Virus record (IMG/VR): IMGVR_UViG_3300030613_000009
Span: 1-64,000 of that record
DNA: 64,000 nucleotides
Reading direction: 5' to 3' (one strand)
Source of the DNA: an uncultured virus (IMG/VR IMGVR_UViG_3300030613_000009)
Taxonomy: Duplodnaviria > Heunggongvirae > Uroviricota > Caudoviricetes
Each line of letters begins with the position of its first letter. The first letter of the stretch is position 1. Both the position numbers and the translations under genes were made by a program. Below, piece by piece: positions 18,022 through 28,813 of this stretch. Below the pieces are notes generated by a model. It made no database searches, was not told the origin of the DNA, and saw only the letters and a program-made list of their open reading frames with translations.

Positions 18022-20535
18022 TTATTGCTTTACGTCCACCTGGATTGGGATATACTGGCTAGTGCCGGCAATCCCAATCGACATTTTTATGCGCACGACC
18101 CCGCCATCCTTCTGTACGCTGACCCCACTGACTCCAGTGAAAGACGGGTCGTTGCGGAATAGCTGGCTGATGTCGGATTTGATTTGCTGCGCCGATACGT
18201 CTGCCGTGCTCGTCCCAGGCTTGAGCCCCAAGCCGTACTCGGGATGATACATGAGGGAGCCTTTGGGGGTTGCCAAGGCCAGACGTATTTTTTGAATTTG
18301 GTTGACCAAGCCCGCCGCCAAACGGCCATCCCCGTCTGGCGTGATGATGATGTCATTATCTTGAGTCAACAGCCAGTCAATACCGCACGTACTCACGAGT
18401 GGGTCGAAGTAGTTGACCCCAGGAATAGACTTGACCAAAAACCCGTCTTCGGCCGGCTCGGCATCGGAGGGGATGTAGATTTGTTGCTGGCTATTGACCG
18501 TGTCTGGCAAAAAGGCCTGCACGAAGGACTGAGACGCTGTCGTGAACTTGGATAGGTCTGGTTCCCCGTCGAGCAGCACTGCGAAGTGTGTTCCGACTGG
18601 GGTGACTTTCTGAATGCGTCTGCTCTCCCTCAGCGTGGTGGTGCTCTCAATCCAGAGCTTTTGACCGACGAACAGATTAGAAGCATCGCTGACGAGTATT
18701 TGATTGGCGTTGCCATTCACCAGCAGGTTCAACTTGAAGCCGACTTCGTCGACGTATGGAGCGCGGAGCCCGTTGAGGGTGGCTATCTCGTGCCACCTCC
18801 CTGGTGTGCCCAGGTAGCGGTTGCTTAGTGTCTCTAAAGTGCTTCCGTAAGGGAAGGGCACTGAGAACTTCGACTTCGGCACCTGGAACGCGATTCCCGA
18901 CCGACGAGCCAAACCAGCCACGTAATCAAGGCTGGTGACCTGGTTTCGGTTGACGGAGGCTGTAGCCGCTAGTGCGTCGTATTGTTGGATGACTTCATTC
19001 AACGAAAACACTACGTCCCACTCATCGTCCGTTGGGGTCCTGGTGGTGGTGCGGACAGGCATGTGGTACGTGCTGGTATATGTGGTATCCCCAGCTCCGA
19101 TGAAGTCTGAAAAGTCGGCCAGCACTTGCACTGCCTGGTTGCGGGCCCGTTCGAAGTCTTCGCGGCGCAGGGACTGGACCGATTTTCGTTCTGCTTCCAT
19201 CTTCTTGATGGTGTTTGGACGCAGATTCAAGTCGCTCGGTCGAATGGTTGAGAAGAATGGGTAATTCTCAATCGGCGTGTCGACGATTTTGTTGACGGGG
19301 TCTGCGTTGTTGCCGTTTTGTGAGTCTCCGAATAGGCCGTCTCGCCGCGAAGCGACATCACGTCCAGACCTCGTATCGGCCTTGCCAGATGACACAGATA
19401 ACTGCCTGAACGCCTCTTGGATTGCATTGACCGAAGCGTCGAAGTTCCGTTGGAAACGAGAACCCACACGACTTAGCTCATTGACAGAATTCTTGGCAGC
19501 AGCCATCTCGAGTAGCGGCTCCCGCAAGTCTGAAATGATGTCGGTAGGGAAATCGACGGCGGTCAGGACGAGACCCACAGCGTCTTTGGCAAACAGCGTC
19601 GCTTGCCTTAGTGGGGTGAATAGTACGTTTTGGATGTCAGCCCTTACGCTCTGCAAGACGGTACGGGCGCCCTCAAGCACGGCGCGGCCCGTCTCGAGCG
19701 TATTTACGAGCTGTGCGAAGGTGTTGGGGTCACGGGTTCCAACCGTCCCTTGATATGGACTGGCAGCTCCTGTGCGGTCATCTAGGGCGACACGGCGCCA
19801 TGCTGTCAGGCTCAGGCTGAAGGGGTACTCTTGGGGGCGCTGTGCGTTGCGGGACAGGTCAAACGAGCGCGGGGTGACGAGGTAGATTTCTTGCTCTTTC
19901 CATATCGCCAACCCCAACCGGAGGTCCTTGTCTCCCTTGCGCTTCTTCTCCACATACGCCTCGAGAAAACGCTTGAGCAAAATAAATTGATAGAATCCGG
20001 TGCCCTGCAACTCGGGCGAACCTGGAGTCATGTCGGTTTCGGATACAACGTTGACGGGCGTATTCGTCCCGCCGCTGAGCAAGTTGTTGGCTTGGCTGAT
20101 GGCCGTTGCGATGCCGCGCACGGAGTTGACCGTACCAGCAAAAATACCTTGGGAGGCCGAAGAGAAGTCGTTCGGCGCAGTCACTGAGCCCCGCAGTGGG
20201 AAGACCCCTGTCGTACCTGACAAAGTAATATTCCGTAGGGGGGCCCCGTTGTGCTCTTCTAGTGCGCCGCCTTGTGTGATGCTCAGGTTGATTGCGAACG
20301 GGGTTCCGATGGACAGGGCTTCGGGAGGGATGGGAAGCGTGAATCTCGACTCGATATCCGCTACGCTATAGCTGCTGCCACGCTTGCGAAGCCACAGAAG
20401 CTGAAACGGAAAAGACTTGTCCCAATTCGTCTCGAGGTCGTCGCCGGTGGACCAGAAAGGGTGCGGCATATTTTTGCCGTCGAACGGGTCGGTGTTTTCG
20501 GTCGCAGCTCGTGTGATTGAGTCTTGGTTGGCCAT
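18022..20535 (-). CDS. baseplate protein with LysM-like and C-terminal gp25/GPW-like domains
   Basis: TLETLSNRYLG..RWHEIATLNGLRAPY; LALATPKGSLMYHPEYG. Confidence 0.7.
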   Translation of the reverse strand: MANQDSITRAATENTDPFDGKNMPHPFWSTGDDLETNWDKSFPFQLLWLRKRGSSYSVADIESRFTLPIPPEALSIGTPFAINLSITQGGALEEHNGAPLRNITLSGTTGVFPLRGSVTAPNDFSSASQGIFAGTVNSVRGIATAISQANNLLSGGTNTPVNVVSETDMTPGSPELQGTGFYQFILLKRFLEAYVEKKRKGDKDLRLGLAIWKEQEIYLVTPRSFDLSRNAQRPQEYPFSLSLTAWRRVALDDRTGAASPYQGTVGTRDPNTFAQLVNTLETGRAVLEGARTVLQSVRADIQNVLFTPLRQATLFAKDAVGLVLTAVDFPTDIISDLREPLLEMAAAKNSVNELSRVGSRFQRNFDASVNAIQEAFRQLSVSSGKADTRSGRDVASRRDGLFGDSQNGNNADPVNKIVDTPIENYPFFSTIRPSDLNLRPNTIKKMEAERKSVQSLRREDFERARNQAVQVLADFSDFIGAGDTTYTSTYHMPVRTTTRTPTDDEWDVVFSLNEVIQQYDALAATASVNRNQVTSLDYVAGLARRSGIAFQVPKSKFSVPFPYGSTLETLSNRYLGTPGRWHEIATLNGLRAPYVDEVGFKLNLLVNGNANQILVSDASNLFVGQKLWIESTTTLRESRRIQKVTPVGTHFAVLLDGEPDLSKFTTASQSFVQAFLPDTVNSQQQIYIPSDAEPAEDGFLVKSIPGVNYFDPLVSTCGIDWLLTQDNDIIITPDGDGRLAAGLVNQIQKIRLALATPKGSLMYHPEYGLGLKPGTSTADVSAQQIKSDISQLFRNDPSFTGVSGVSVQKDGGVVRIKMSIGIAGTSQYIPIQVDVKQ

Positions 20536-20554
20536 GATGGGGATATATGGTAGA

Positions 20555-21178
20555 TTATCCGACCAGCGTCAAACTGGCGCTATCGTCTGCATTTACGAAT
20601 ACTGTCCCGGTCCCGGATTTGCGCGCGACCCGCAATTTAATAGACGTCGTGAGGGCAGGGAGCGTAAGAAGCCAAGTGGCGCCCACAGAACGGTGGTCGC
20701 CGGCCACGTTGAAGAAATACTGCATATGCGGTGTGGGGGCTCCGTCCACGTCTAGCCAGTATTCCACTGCCGTGTTCGATGCATCCACGTAGCACCCGAA
20801 ATTGACTACAGCCATCGCCATACGGGCCACTGCCAACTTTGACGCAGCGGCGAATGTGCCGGTCAGTATGTCGGTGGGGGCCGTAAAGGATACATTGGTC
20901 GAGCTTGAGTCGACGTGTAGCCCAAACGGCCTAACCCTCAAAGCCAAAGCGGCCGAAGCTGCAGCCAGGCCATCGAGGACCTGTGTGTCCATGGCGGACC
21001 CGGGAGGCACCAGTGTATTGAAATCAGGGACGGGGAGAATCGATGTGCAATACGGTACATCGCCGATGCCGTCCCCAGTCGTGTCGATAGAAATCCCGTC
21101 GCTGTCCGAAAGTCTGGCGTCCACTTTGACTGCGTCCACGAGGGTTTGGTCGTCTGCGTTGAGTAACAGTGGGCTCAT
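20555..21178 (-). CDS. baseplate/spike-associated structural protein
   Basis: position in tail operon. Confidence 0.55.
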   Translation of the reverse strand: MSPLLLNADDQTLVDAVKVDARLSDSDGISIDTTGDGIGDVPYCTSILPVPDFNTLVPPGSAMDTQVLDGLAAASAALALRVRPFGLHVDSSSTNVSFTAPTDILTGTFAAASKLAVARMAMAVVNFGCYVDASNTAVEYWLDVDGAPTPHMQYFFNVAGDHRSVGATWLLTLPALTTSIKLRVARKSGTGTVFVNADDSASLTLVG

Positions 21179-21181
21179 TGG

Positions 21182-22297
21182 TTAGTCCCCGAGGTTCTTG
21201 GTGGACAAATAGGTCGCGGCCTGGGCTTCGAATGCTTGAATGTATCCGGCCAGTGTATTCAGCAATGGTGCAGCAGACAAAAGGGCCACAGAAGCTGCTG
21301 TCAGGCCTGGAGCTGCCAGTCCGCCACCTACCATTGGAACAGAGATGAGAGAGGCTGCGGTCGCTAGGCTGGACGCGGCGGTGGTGACCAACGAGTTCAA
21401 GGTGGCCAGAGTCGAGGCCATCTGCGTGTGCATCGTGGTTTCTTTGTTGCGGTAAGTTGTACCCTTGACCCAAGCGTCGGTGGCCGCTCCTACATGGACC
21501 CCGGCCGACTGGATATCTACGTTATTGGAGGCCTGGATATTGACTCCGGCCTGTGTGGTTGCGTTGATGTCGCCTTGAGCGTCGACCGTGACTGTACTGT
21601 TGGACGTGACGTGGTAGTCGTCATCGGCCAGTATTTCTATCGTGCGGTCCTGGTGGTTGACTTTGATGTATTGAGCGTCGTCTGGGGTTGCGATGGTGAC
21701 GTTGCCTTCACGAGTGAAGGAGACCTTGGTGCCTTCAGCTTCTGTGTCTGCGTCGTCGGACAGGGTTCCGTCAGCCTTGGTGGCGCCTCGAAACAAGACC
21801 GTGGCTTGCCCCTCTTTGTCTACGGTGAATCGAATGCCGTTGAACTCGAAGAATAGGTGGTGTCCGTCCTCTGAGTTGTCTACTTGGCTGCTGGCTGTGT
21901 CTTTGATACCTCCGAGAATAATCGAGCGCTGTTGGTTGCCGTCCAAGCAGAGCAGCAGCACCTTTGCTCCCACACCAAACGGTTTGTCCGTGTTCGGGTC
22001 GGCTCGTAGTGTGGCAGAGAAGCGGTCGGCCGTACCTCCAAACAGATTGGAAACGGTGCAGCCCCTAAAGGTGGTTGTGCTAGGTGTGTTGTTTCCGTTG
22101 CGGTGCATCACCTGGACGACATACTCTACGGTTGTCTTGGTGTAGCTGTGAGCGGAGCTGGGCCACACCACCTCTTTGACCTCCCCAAAGCGCAACACAT
22201 AGTCGTTCATGTTTGCCGTGGCGCCTCGAGAGCTACCTCTCGATTCCACCGACAAATAACTTGGAACGCATGTCCCGTCTGAGAGGAATTGTGCCAT
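21182..22297 (-). CDS. baseplate central spike (gpV/gp5-like)
   Basis: N-terminal OB-like region (GAKVLLLCLDG...IILGG) then V/T/N-rich beta repeats; start refined. Confidence 0.65.
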   Translation of the reverse strand: MAQFLSDGTCVPSYLSVESRGSSRGATANMNDYVLRFGEVKEVVWPSSAHSYTKTTVEYVVQVMHRNGNNTPSTTTFRGCTVSNLFGGTADRFSATLRADPNTDKPFGVGAKVLLLCLDGNQQRSIILGGIKDTASSQVDNSEDGHHLFFEFNGIRFTVDKEGQATVLFRGATKADGTLSDDADTEAEGTKVSFTREGNVTIATPDDAQYIKVNHQDRTIEILADDDYHVTSNSTVTVDAQGDINATTQAGVNIQASNNVDIQSAGVHVGAATDAWVKGTTYRNKETTMHTQMASTLATLNSLVTTAASSLATAASLISVPMVGGGLAAPGLTAASVALLSAAPLLNTLAGYIQAFEAQAATYLSTKNLGD

Positions 22298-22298
22298 A

Positions 22299-24377
22299 TT
22301 AGTTCTTGACCCCGCTACGATATTGAGCTGCGATGTTGCCAACGGACTCGCCCAGAGCGTTGGGGTCTATTTCAGCTTCAGCTGCACCGGCGTGTTGTAC
22401 TGGTGGTGTGACCTCGACTCCCTTTATCGGAGGAGAGGACGGTTCGTTTTTGTTTACCTGGTACTCCCGGCTTCTGGAACCCATATACGTCTGGAGGTCC
22501 TCTTGTGAAGTGCCAGTATACATCGAGAAATCGTCGCCGGTCAGTTGCTCCTGCTTGATGCCATGGCTGAGGGCGAGCTGGGTGCGGAAGGTGTTGACCC
22601 CGCCACTCGGATTGTGGCTAAAGGTATGGGTGACCCCCTCGATGTGAAAGAAATGATTGTCGAACGAAATGTTGTCACCGATACAGATGGGGCTCTGGAT
22701 GCCGACTAGCTCCATCGAGCCACTCAGCGTGAGGTGCTGTCCCATCACAAAGTCGGCGACGATATACATCCAGTCCCCAGCTTTACGGTTGGTGGCGTCA
22801 TTGGGGGAGCACGCGACCGTCATCATGTATGGGCGGAATCCAGAGCGGATAATGTCCAGGTCATCGCTGATTGGCGGGTCGCGTACTATGTACTCACTGC
22901 GGTTTTGAGTAGGGAGCCCGGTTTCTCCGTAGACGTGTACGAAGTTGAACCGAACCGAGTCCGAACGGCCCAAGTCTGCGCCGACGACTAGTGTTGGTGG
23001 CACGGCCCAGCAAGGCAATTCTCCGAATCTCGTAAGAGCTAGACGTCTGGGATTGTCTATCGGATTGTTCTGCGCCTGCGTTTTTGGGTCGTCCTTCTTC
23101 GTCGGAGTCATTGCAGACGGGGTCTTGGCTGGTGTGTAGGTCTCGTCTAGGACCCCGCTCGTGAAGGGTAGCTGCCTAACTACGAGAGTCGGCATGATGG
23201 CGCCAGTGGGGCCAACGCGCAGGCAAGTATACATTTCGTTGACGGCAGAGTTGACGTATTGCTGGAGTATGGACCACACTGTCTGTTGTCCATCAAACTG
23301 GGGCGGATTAGGCAAGAAGCTGCCCAGTAGTTCGTCCGGGCATACCAATTGACGTGAGGTTCCGTCGACTGGCAACCCGTCAGGAGTGAAGATTTGTCCG
23401 GCCGAATTGTACGTGACAGAGTTATCAGCATTGGACGAGTTCAGAAAGGCTACGTTGTCGTTGCTGAGTTGGTAGCGCTGCACCCCGGTCAATATATTAC
23501 ATATGTCATTCCACCCCTTTTGGCCGGTAGATTTTGTACCGGTAGTGACTCCCAGCAGGCTTCCTATCGGGTCTGGAATGACGAATGCATTGGGGTTATC
23601 TAACCCCTTTGTGGTAGAAACCCCAGGCGTGCTCTGGTAGCCCTGACTGGCCGGGACTCCCTCGCCATAAAAGGCATTGATGAAGAAAGGTAGTACGCGA
23701 CCGGTCGTCACCATCGGGTCCTGCTGGTTGTCTGTCCCGCCCAAAATCAAATTGTTTAGGGCCTCGCCCGTTTTCTTCAGCCACTCCGTGGCCGCGCCTA
23801 CACTGTCGCTGGCTAGATACGGCTCAAAGTAAATAGAGGCGTCGAATTCAGTAAAACCAGCGGCGTTGAGGGTGTACCCAGACGTCTTGAGGCCCGTGGG
23901 GCTTTGAGTCAAGCGGACTCTAGGACCTCCGGCCGTACGCCCCAGGAACTTCAAGCCGTCATTGAAGCCATTACAGGCCTCACCTTTGCGGACTCTGGAG
24001 ATGAGGGAATTGGCCGTTGCTACATCATTGACTATCCAGGCCGCCACCCAATCGCCCGGGAACGTTTCCGTGAGGTAATTGGTACCGGGCAGGAGGGTCG
24101 CCGACAATTGAGACACATGGTTGGATTTGCTCTCGGAGATGGACAACGAGAGAAGGTCCTCGACGATGACTAACACGTCGTCGCGTAGGCGAGTGCTATC
24201 TGCTGGGTTCTTGCTGAAAGATGCTTGCTTGTCTCGACTGAAGGTGACGGGGAAGCGATAGCGCCAAATGGCTACGATTGCGACGGGAGAGGTAGACAGA
24301 CAATCGGGTGCTTCTGAGGCGTCATTTACGACGCCCTTTTCTCCGAAACCCCATAGCAAGTCAAAATATCTAGCCAA
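22299..24377 (-). CDS. baseplate hub protein
   Basis: between tape measure and spike; SGSMELVG...ICIGDN...HIEGVTHTF. Confidence 0.65.
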   Translation of the reverse strand: MARYFDLLWGFGEKGVVNDASEAPDCLSTSPVAIVAIWRYRFPVTFSRDKQASFSKNPADSTRLRDDVLVIVEDLLSLSISESKSNHVSQLSATLLPGTNYLTETFPGDWVAAWIVNDVATANSLISRVRKGEACNGFNDGLKFLGRTAGGPRVRLTQSPTGLKTSGYTLNAAGFTEFDASIYFEPYLASDSVGAATEWLKKTGEALNNLILGGTDNQQDPMVTTGRVLPFFINAFYGEGVPASQGYQSTPGVSTTKGLDNPNAFVIPDPIGSLLGVTTGTKSTGQKGWNDICNILTGVQRYQLSNDNVAFLNSSNADNSVTYNSAGQIFTPDGLPVDGTSRQLVCPDELLGSFLPNPPQFDGQQTVWSILQQYVNSAVNEMYTCLRVGPTGAIMPTLVVRQLPFTSGVLDETYTPAKTPSAMTPTKKDDPKTQAQNNPIDNPRRLALTRFGELPCWAVPPTLVVGADLGRSDSVRFNFVHVYGETGLPTQNRSEYIVRDPPISDDLDIIRSGFRPYMMTVACSPNDATNRKAGDWMYIVADFVMGQHLTLSGSMELVGIQSPICIGDNISFDNHFFHIEGVTHTFSHNPSGGVNTFRTQLALSHGIKQEQLTGDDFSMYTGTSQEDLQTYMGSRSREYQVNKNEPSSPPIKGVEVTPPVQHAGAAEAEIDPNALGESVGNIAAQYRSGVKN

Positions 24378-24383
24378 TTGTGA

Positions 24384-26861
24384 TTACCTCGCTAGACGGC
24401 CGCCACCGGGAATAAAAGCATCCAAAATTGCCCCAGCCGCTGCTTTGGCTCCAGCTTTGACTTCTGACGATTTGGCCGAAGTCTTGGCTGCCGCCGCCGT
24501 GGTACTTCCGGTGCTCTTGGAGATGACGTCTTCTGTGGCTCCCGCCAATCGTTGGAATTTTTCGGTCAATACATCTATTTCACTGGCAAAGTTCTTGAAC
24601 GATTCGGTCGCCGTCAACCGCTCTTTGTTTTGAGCGTACTCCTTGACTACGTCTTTGATGTTTGCCATGACGGCAACGCCATCCTTGAGCATCTGGTCCG
24701 CTTCGGCCCCTCGTTTGGCAGCCGATTCCGCATCTATGCCACCATACGGAAGGTTTTTCTTGGCCTTCAGTCCTCCCTTGCCTAAGCCTCCTGTGCCAGA
24801 CAACAAATCGACAAGCCCTATACCGCCTTCCGTGTCCCCACCCATCAATACCCCAGCCTCCACACCCAGCGCTTCGCGCATGGCTCTCGCCTCGGCCGCG
24901 CCAGCGCCCTTGCCTTTGCTCTTTGTCCCTAGGTCTGCCAAGAACTCGCGTTCGGACATGCCACTAGAGCGCATAGCGCGCATCGCTTTGCTGACTTCAT
25001 CTTGCCCACCTTGTTCGACATAGCGAGCAAAGAGCCCGTGCGCCTGTCCGCCGAGCTGGGAAATTGCCTGCTCTTTAGTGATTCCGAAGGCTCTGGCTTT
25101 GGCAGAAGAACCACCACCGGCGATTTCAGCCAATTCCTTGAACTGCATGTTTGCTAGAGCGTCCTGAGCGTAAGTAGTTCCACCAGGCATTGCACGAATC
25201 GCCGACGAGACGTTCATGCCTTTTTGGTAGTTGTCGAACCCCGCGCCAAGCCTGTCTGCAGCTTGCATTCCGAGTTGTGCCCGTTGGACTTGGTTGAAGT
25301 CTTCAGGTCCGTTTCCGAAACCGAATCCTTGCTGTACGGCCTGCAAAGCCCCAGCGCCCGTAACCGTACCTCGTGGGTCAAACCCAAACAAGCTCTGTCC
25401 CAATTGGATACCTGCCGCTGTGGCGATACCCCCACCCATCGCGGCGCGAGCCATGAAGTTGGCCTGGCCGTTGCCGCTACTTCGTGCCGCAGACCCCAAA
25501 AGCCCGCTGACGTCGAAGCCGGCTCGAGATGCGCCCATGATGCTGCCGGCATGGCTGCGAGCAAAGGCGTCACCCCCAATGTTCCTGGCCTGAGTCGTAG
25601 CTCCTGCTAATTCTTCTACGCTATATCCGGTACGGTGGAGAGCTGCTTGTCGTTTGGAGAAGTCGTCCGACCATTTGCCGGTCTTGTCCTGGTTGTAACC
25701 CCATCCCAATATGGCACTGCCCGTCATTCTGGTACTGCGGGTCTCGTCCAAAGACGCCAATGCGCGTCCTTGGTTGTCGTAGTTTATGTCTTTGATGCGC
25801 TGACGGAGCTTGTCGTAACCCTCATATTTGGCGGTCTGCATCGCTTCTGGAGTTAGCGCAGAAATGTCCTTGCCTAGGCTTTTGGCGGTTTTCCATCCAG
25901 CGCCAAAGAGCCGGCTTATATCTTCTTCAGTACTGCCAACCGAGCGCATGGCTTCGATTTGGTCTTGGCCGGACATGCCGGCAAGAGTTCTATCTGCCAT
26001 TGCGTCTGAAATATCTGCACGGCGCATGCGCTCCCAGGCGCCACGAACGGCCTGACCGCGCCCAGCACGCGTGTCTATCATCATGTTGTTGAGGCCTTGG
26101 GACGTGCTCGCTACCGCCTGTGCCCCACCCGCCACGAGTCCGGCCGAGCGAAAGGCCACGGCTCCAGCCCCAGAGCCCATCAATGATTGCAACAGACCCT
26201 GAGGGCTGATGTTCCCGGGCCCAATCGGAGTCATCAACCCCGCCCCGATGTTTCCGTTGCCGAATTGCCATGCTGCTCCAGCAAGCCCCGTAGGCATGCC
26301 TGGGAGCCCGCTACGAGCACCGGGGAGCATTCGTGGGCCCGACATCGGGTTCAGCCCACGGTCGTCACCAAAGCCCTGCAGGACGCCTAGGCCGGCTTGT
26401 GCTTGCCTGATTTCGGCTGCGACCTGAATCATCTCTTTTTGGACGAATGCTTGGGTGCCCTTGCCTTTGAGCTTGTCGTAGGTGTCGCCCAACGCATTCA
26501 AGGAGCGCTGTAGTGAATCGAGTTGGGTCTTTTGCTGTTGGGTGGATGTCTTGAGAGCATCAGTCAGCCCCTTCAAAGAAGCCGTGCCCAACGTAGCCAT
26601 ATTCTTGAAGACGTTGGCGTTTGCGTTGATGCCTTGGGCGATAGATGCGGTCGGCCCACCGCCTCTGTTGCCACCAACCCCTGCGCCCGTTACCCCGCCA
26701 CCGCTCAGCAACCCACCACCACCGCCAGGCATACCTACCCCCTGCAGGGCTTTTGCCAGCTCCTTCGCTTTTTGGGTCATCTCAGTCAAAGCACGACTGG
26801 CAGCTTGAAAGCCTGCTTGCTCTAGTGAAGCTGAGATTTTGAGTTCTTTACCGGAGGCCAT
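24384..26861 (-). CDS. tail tape measure protein
   Basis: 825 aa, Ala/Gly-rich, follows chaperones, starts ELKISASLE. Confidence 0.8.
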   Translation of the reverse strand: MASGKELKISASLEQAGFQAASRALTEMTQKAKELAKALQGVGMPGGGGGLLSGGGVTGAGVGGNRGGGPTASIAQGINANANVFKNMATLGTASLKGLTDALKTSTQQQKTQLDSLQRSLNALGDTYDKLKGKGTQAFVQKEMIQVAAEIRQAQAGLGVLQGFGDDRGLNPMSGPRMLPGARSGLPGMPTGLAGAAWQFGNGNIGAGLMTPIGPGNISPQGLLQSLMGSGAGAVAFRSAGLVAGGAQAVASTSQGLNNMMIDTRAGRGQAVRGAWERMRRADISDAMADRTLAGMSGQDQIEAMRSVGSTEEDISRLFGAGWKTAKSLGKDISALTPEAMQTAKYEGYDKLRQRIKDINYDNQGRALASLDETRSTRMTGSAILGWGYNQDKTGKWSDDFSKRQAALHRTGYSVEELAGATTQARNIGGDAFARSHAGSIMGASRAGFDVSGLLGSAARSSGNGQANFMARAAMGGGIATAAGIQLGQSLFGFDPRGTVTGAGALQAVQQGFGFGNGPEDFNQVQRAQLGMQAADRLGAGFDNYQKGMNVSSAIRAMPGGTTYAQDALANMQFKELAEIAGGGSSAKARAFGITKEQAISQLGGQAHGLFARYVEQGGQDEVSKAMRAMRSSGMSEREFLADLGTKSKGKGAGAAEARAMREALGVEAGVLMGGDTEGGIGLVDLLSGTGGLGKGGLKAKKNLPYGGIDAESAAKRGAEADQMLKDGVAVMANIKDVVKEYAQNKERLTATESFKNFASEIDVLTEKFQRLAGATEDVISKSTGSTTAAAAKTSAKSSEVKAGAKAAAGAILDAFIPGGGRLAR

Positions 26862-26873
26862 ATATTGTCTAGA

Positions 26874-27380
26874 TTACTGGATTTTAGGTGGGGGTCCGAA
26901 TGGCTGCGCATCGGGGAAGGCGTCGGTATCTATGTCTTCAAACGTCATATGTACATCTGGCGGCAAAGGCGCCGTAACTGCTTGGATTTTCACCTCCGGG
27001 ATAGCCATCTTCAGCTCGTCTTGGATGTCTTGGAGAGGGGCGGTAGCCTTCTTCTCTTCTTCTGCCAACGCTTCCCGGCCGAACTCCCACTGGTCCGCAT
27101 CTTCAGCGTCTTCTTGGCGTCTCATTTCGGCAAGCTTGTCCTCTGAAGTCAGCAGACGGTCGATTTCCGCTTGAAGGTCCCCATCTTCGTATCCTTCGTA
27201 ATGGGTCTCAAACCAATGCTGGAGGACGTCCTCCAGGGGCAAATCCTCCACAGCGTCTAGGGGAGTGTGGTACTCGTGTGAGTACCAACGCATTATTTTC
27301 CTCAACGTGTAATCAGAAGGCTCCTCGGCCACAGCGTGGACAGCGAGAAGCTTCAGATTGCGCAAGTACTGAGGTGTCAT
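26874..27380 (-). CDS. tail assembly chaperone (second)
   Basis: immediately upstream of tape measure; RWYS..YHTPL; acidic; ATGA overlap at 27380. Confidence 0.6.
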   Translation of the reverse strand: MTPQYLRNLKLLAVHAVAEEPSDYTLRKIMRWYSHEYHTPLDAVEDLPLEDVLQHWFETHYEGYEDGDLQAEIDRLLTSEDKLAEMRRQEDAEDADQWEFGREALAEEEKKATAPLQDIQDELKMAIPEVKIQAVTAPLPPDVHMTFEDIDTDAFPDAQPFGPPPKIQ

Positions 27381-27880
27381 GGGCAGTTGCCCAACCAATC
27401 AAGAACAGCGGAATACTCAGACGGACTTGAAATACGCATAAGGGGTATCCCAGCCTCCCTACAGTCCCTGTCTTTGCGAGCATCTCTATCGATTGCATCT
27501 GGAGTGCTATGCCAATACTTGCCGTCATACTCAACCGCCTTACGTAGGGAGGGCACAAATACATCTAACTCGAACTGCGGATTGTTCAAGAGCCCTCTTC
27601 GCCCACTAAGAGCGTCTGGGTGTCTTTCCTTGATGAGTTCGTACAGCGCTAGTTCCGCCTTTGAGTGTCGATGGAAACAGGCCGCACATCCCGATTTCAT
27701 AGATGTTCTGTCGTTTGGGGACGCTTCCCACTCATGGCCATCTTTGCATATCCACCAGACGGAGCGTTCGGACCCAAACGAAATATCGTCCGGCAACAGA
27801 CTTCCGTTTTTGGACCAATGCCACTCTGCCCCTAGATGAGGCGCCTTGACCAAAAACGGAATTCTGATTCGATGTGCCAC
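27377..27880 (-). CDS. Zn-ribbon plus Vsr/DUF559-like PD-(D/E)XK endonuclease
   Basis: EWH..KNG, VWWICKDGHEWEA, ELDVFVPSLRKAVEYDGKYWH, RKD..C..AGI.L.RI. Confidence 0.8.
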   Translation of the reverse strand: MAHRIRIPFLVKAPHLGAEWHWSKNGSLLPDDISFGSERSVWWICKDGHEWEASPNDRTSMKSGCAACFHRHSKAELALYELIKERHPDALSGRRGLLNNPQFELDVFVPSLRKAVEYDGKYWHSTPDAIDRDARKDRDCREAGIPLMRISSPSEYSAVLDWLGNCP

Positions 27881-27884
27881 GCTC

Positions 27885-28271
27885 TTACTCCTTTGTCGTC
27901 TTGCTTAGCGCCTCGGCTGCCTTTGATGCCGCCTTCTGAATATCTTCTAGGTGGGACTTCTCCACCTTATTCAGTTCGGCACCAATGGCAAGAACGACGT
28001 TGACGTCATCAAAATCAAGTCCGCAGTTTGCGTCCTTGAACCACGAAGGCGTCTCAACAGCATGGGTCTGAATGCGGGCGATAGTGCCCGCGACAAGCTG
28101 GGCCATTCCTCCGACCTCTCCTCCTTGGGGGCCCAGAAGGCTGCGCTTTAGGGCATCCATCTCGAGGATTTCACGCAGCGACAACTTGACGTTCACCTTG
28201 AACTTCCCGCGCAGGTTTTCTTCACCTTCGACGGGGATAGACACTACGAATTCTGCGGTCTTACGGGCCAT
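27885..28271 (-). CDS. tail assembly chaperone (first)
   Basis: GKFKV...ETPSWF motif; AGAGG RBS; TAATCT at 28341. Confidence 0.6.
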   Translation of the reverse strand: MARKTAEFVVSIPVEGEENLRGKFKVNVKLSLREILEMDALKRSLLGPQGGEVGGMAQLVAGTIARIQTHAVETPSWFKDANCGLDFDDVNVVLAIGAELNKVEKSHLEDIQKAASKAAEALSKTTKE

Positions 28272-28395
28272 ATGTAACCTCTGTTGGGGGTTGGAGTCGG
28301 CACTCAGTATACCACACGAGCACTTCGACCCTCGGACTGCAGATTATCTCCCCAAAGCGCTTGACACTGGGGTTTGTGGGGTATACTATTCATAT

Positions 28396-28530
28396 ATGGC
28401 AACCCCCAAAGAAAAGTACGCCGAGCTGCTCCTGAAGTACAACGAGTTGGTCACCAAGCACGAAGTAGCGTGTGATACTATCGACAAGCTCCAAGCGGAA
28501 CTCACCCGATTCACCACCCCCAACAAGTAG
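28396..28530 (+). CDS. small coiled-coil protein
   Basis: ATG 35 nt after TTGACA(28361). Confidence 0.6.
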   Translation: MATPKEKYAELLLKYNELVTKHEVACDTIDKLQAELTRFTTPNK

Positions 28531-28541
28531 CAAAAAAGAAA

Positions 28542-28751
28542 ATGAATACTTCCAAGTTGCAGCGCGGCGACCCAGTAAAAGCAGCACGTGACCTTGACCC
28601 CACCGGAGCTTGTGTGCCTCAGGGCACTCTGGGGGTTGTGTTCGAGGAAGCGGGATACTACGACATCGACGAAGGGCCAATGGTTCGCTGGTTCAATGGT
28701 GGGTGTTGTAGTGTGGCGGACGGCGACGTCATCTCCCCCGAGGAGGAGTAG
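28542..28751 (+). CDS. hypothetical protein
   Basis: ORF; GDPVKA...GTLGVV...VRW suggests a small beta barrel. Confidence 0.55.
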   Translation: MNTSKLQRGDPVKAARDLDPTGACVPQGTLGVVFEEAGYYDIDEGPMVRWFNGGCCSVADGDVISPEEE

Positions 28752-28813
28752 AGCGCGCAACGAATATGGTATAATCACCGCAGTCTAAATAACGCAGTGC
28801 AAGGAGTAACAAA

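Noticed and set aside
7876..26825. Many long plus-strand ORFs antisense to virion genes
   Set aside because: Shadow ORFs of GC-rich coding sequence without recognisable motifs or start signals
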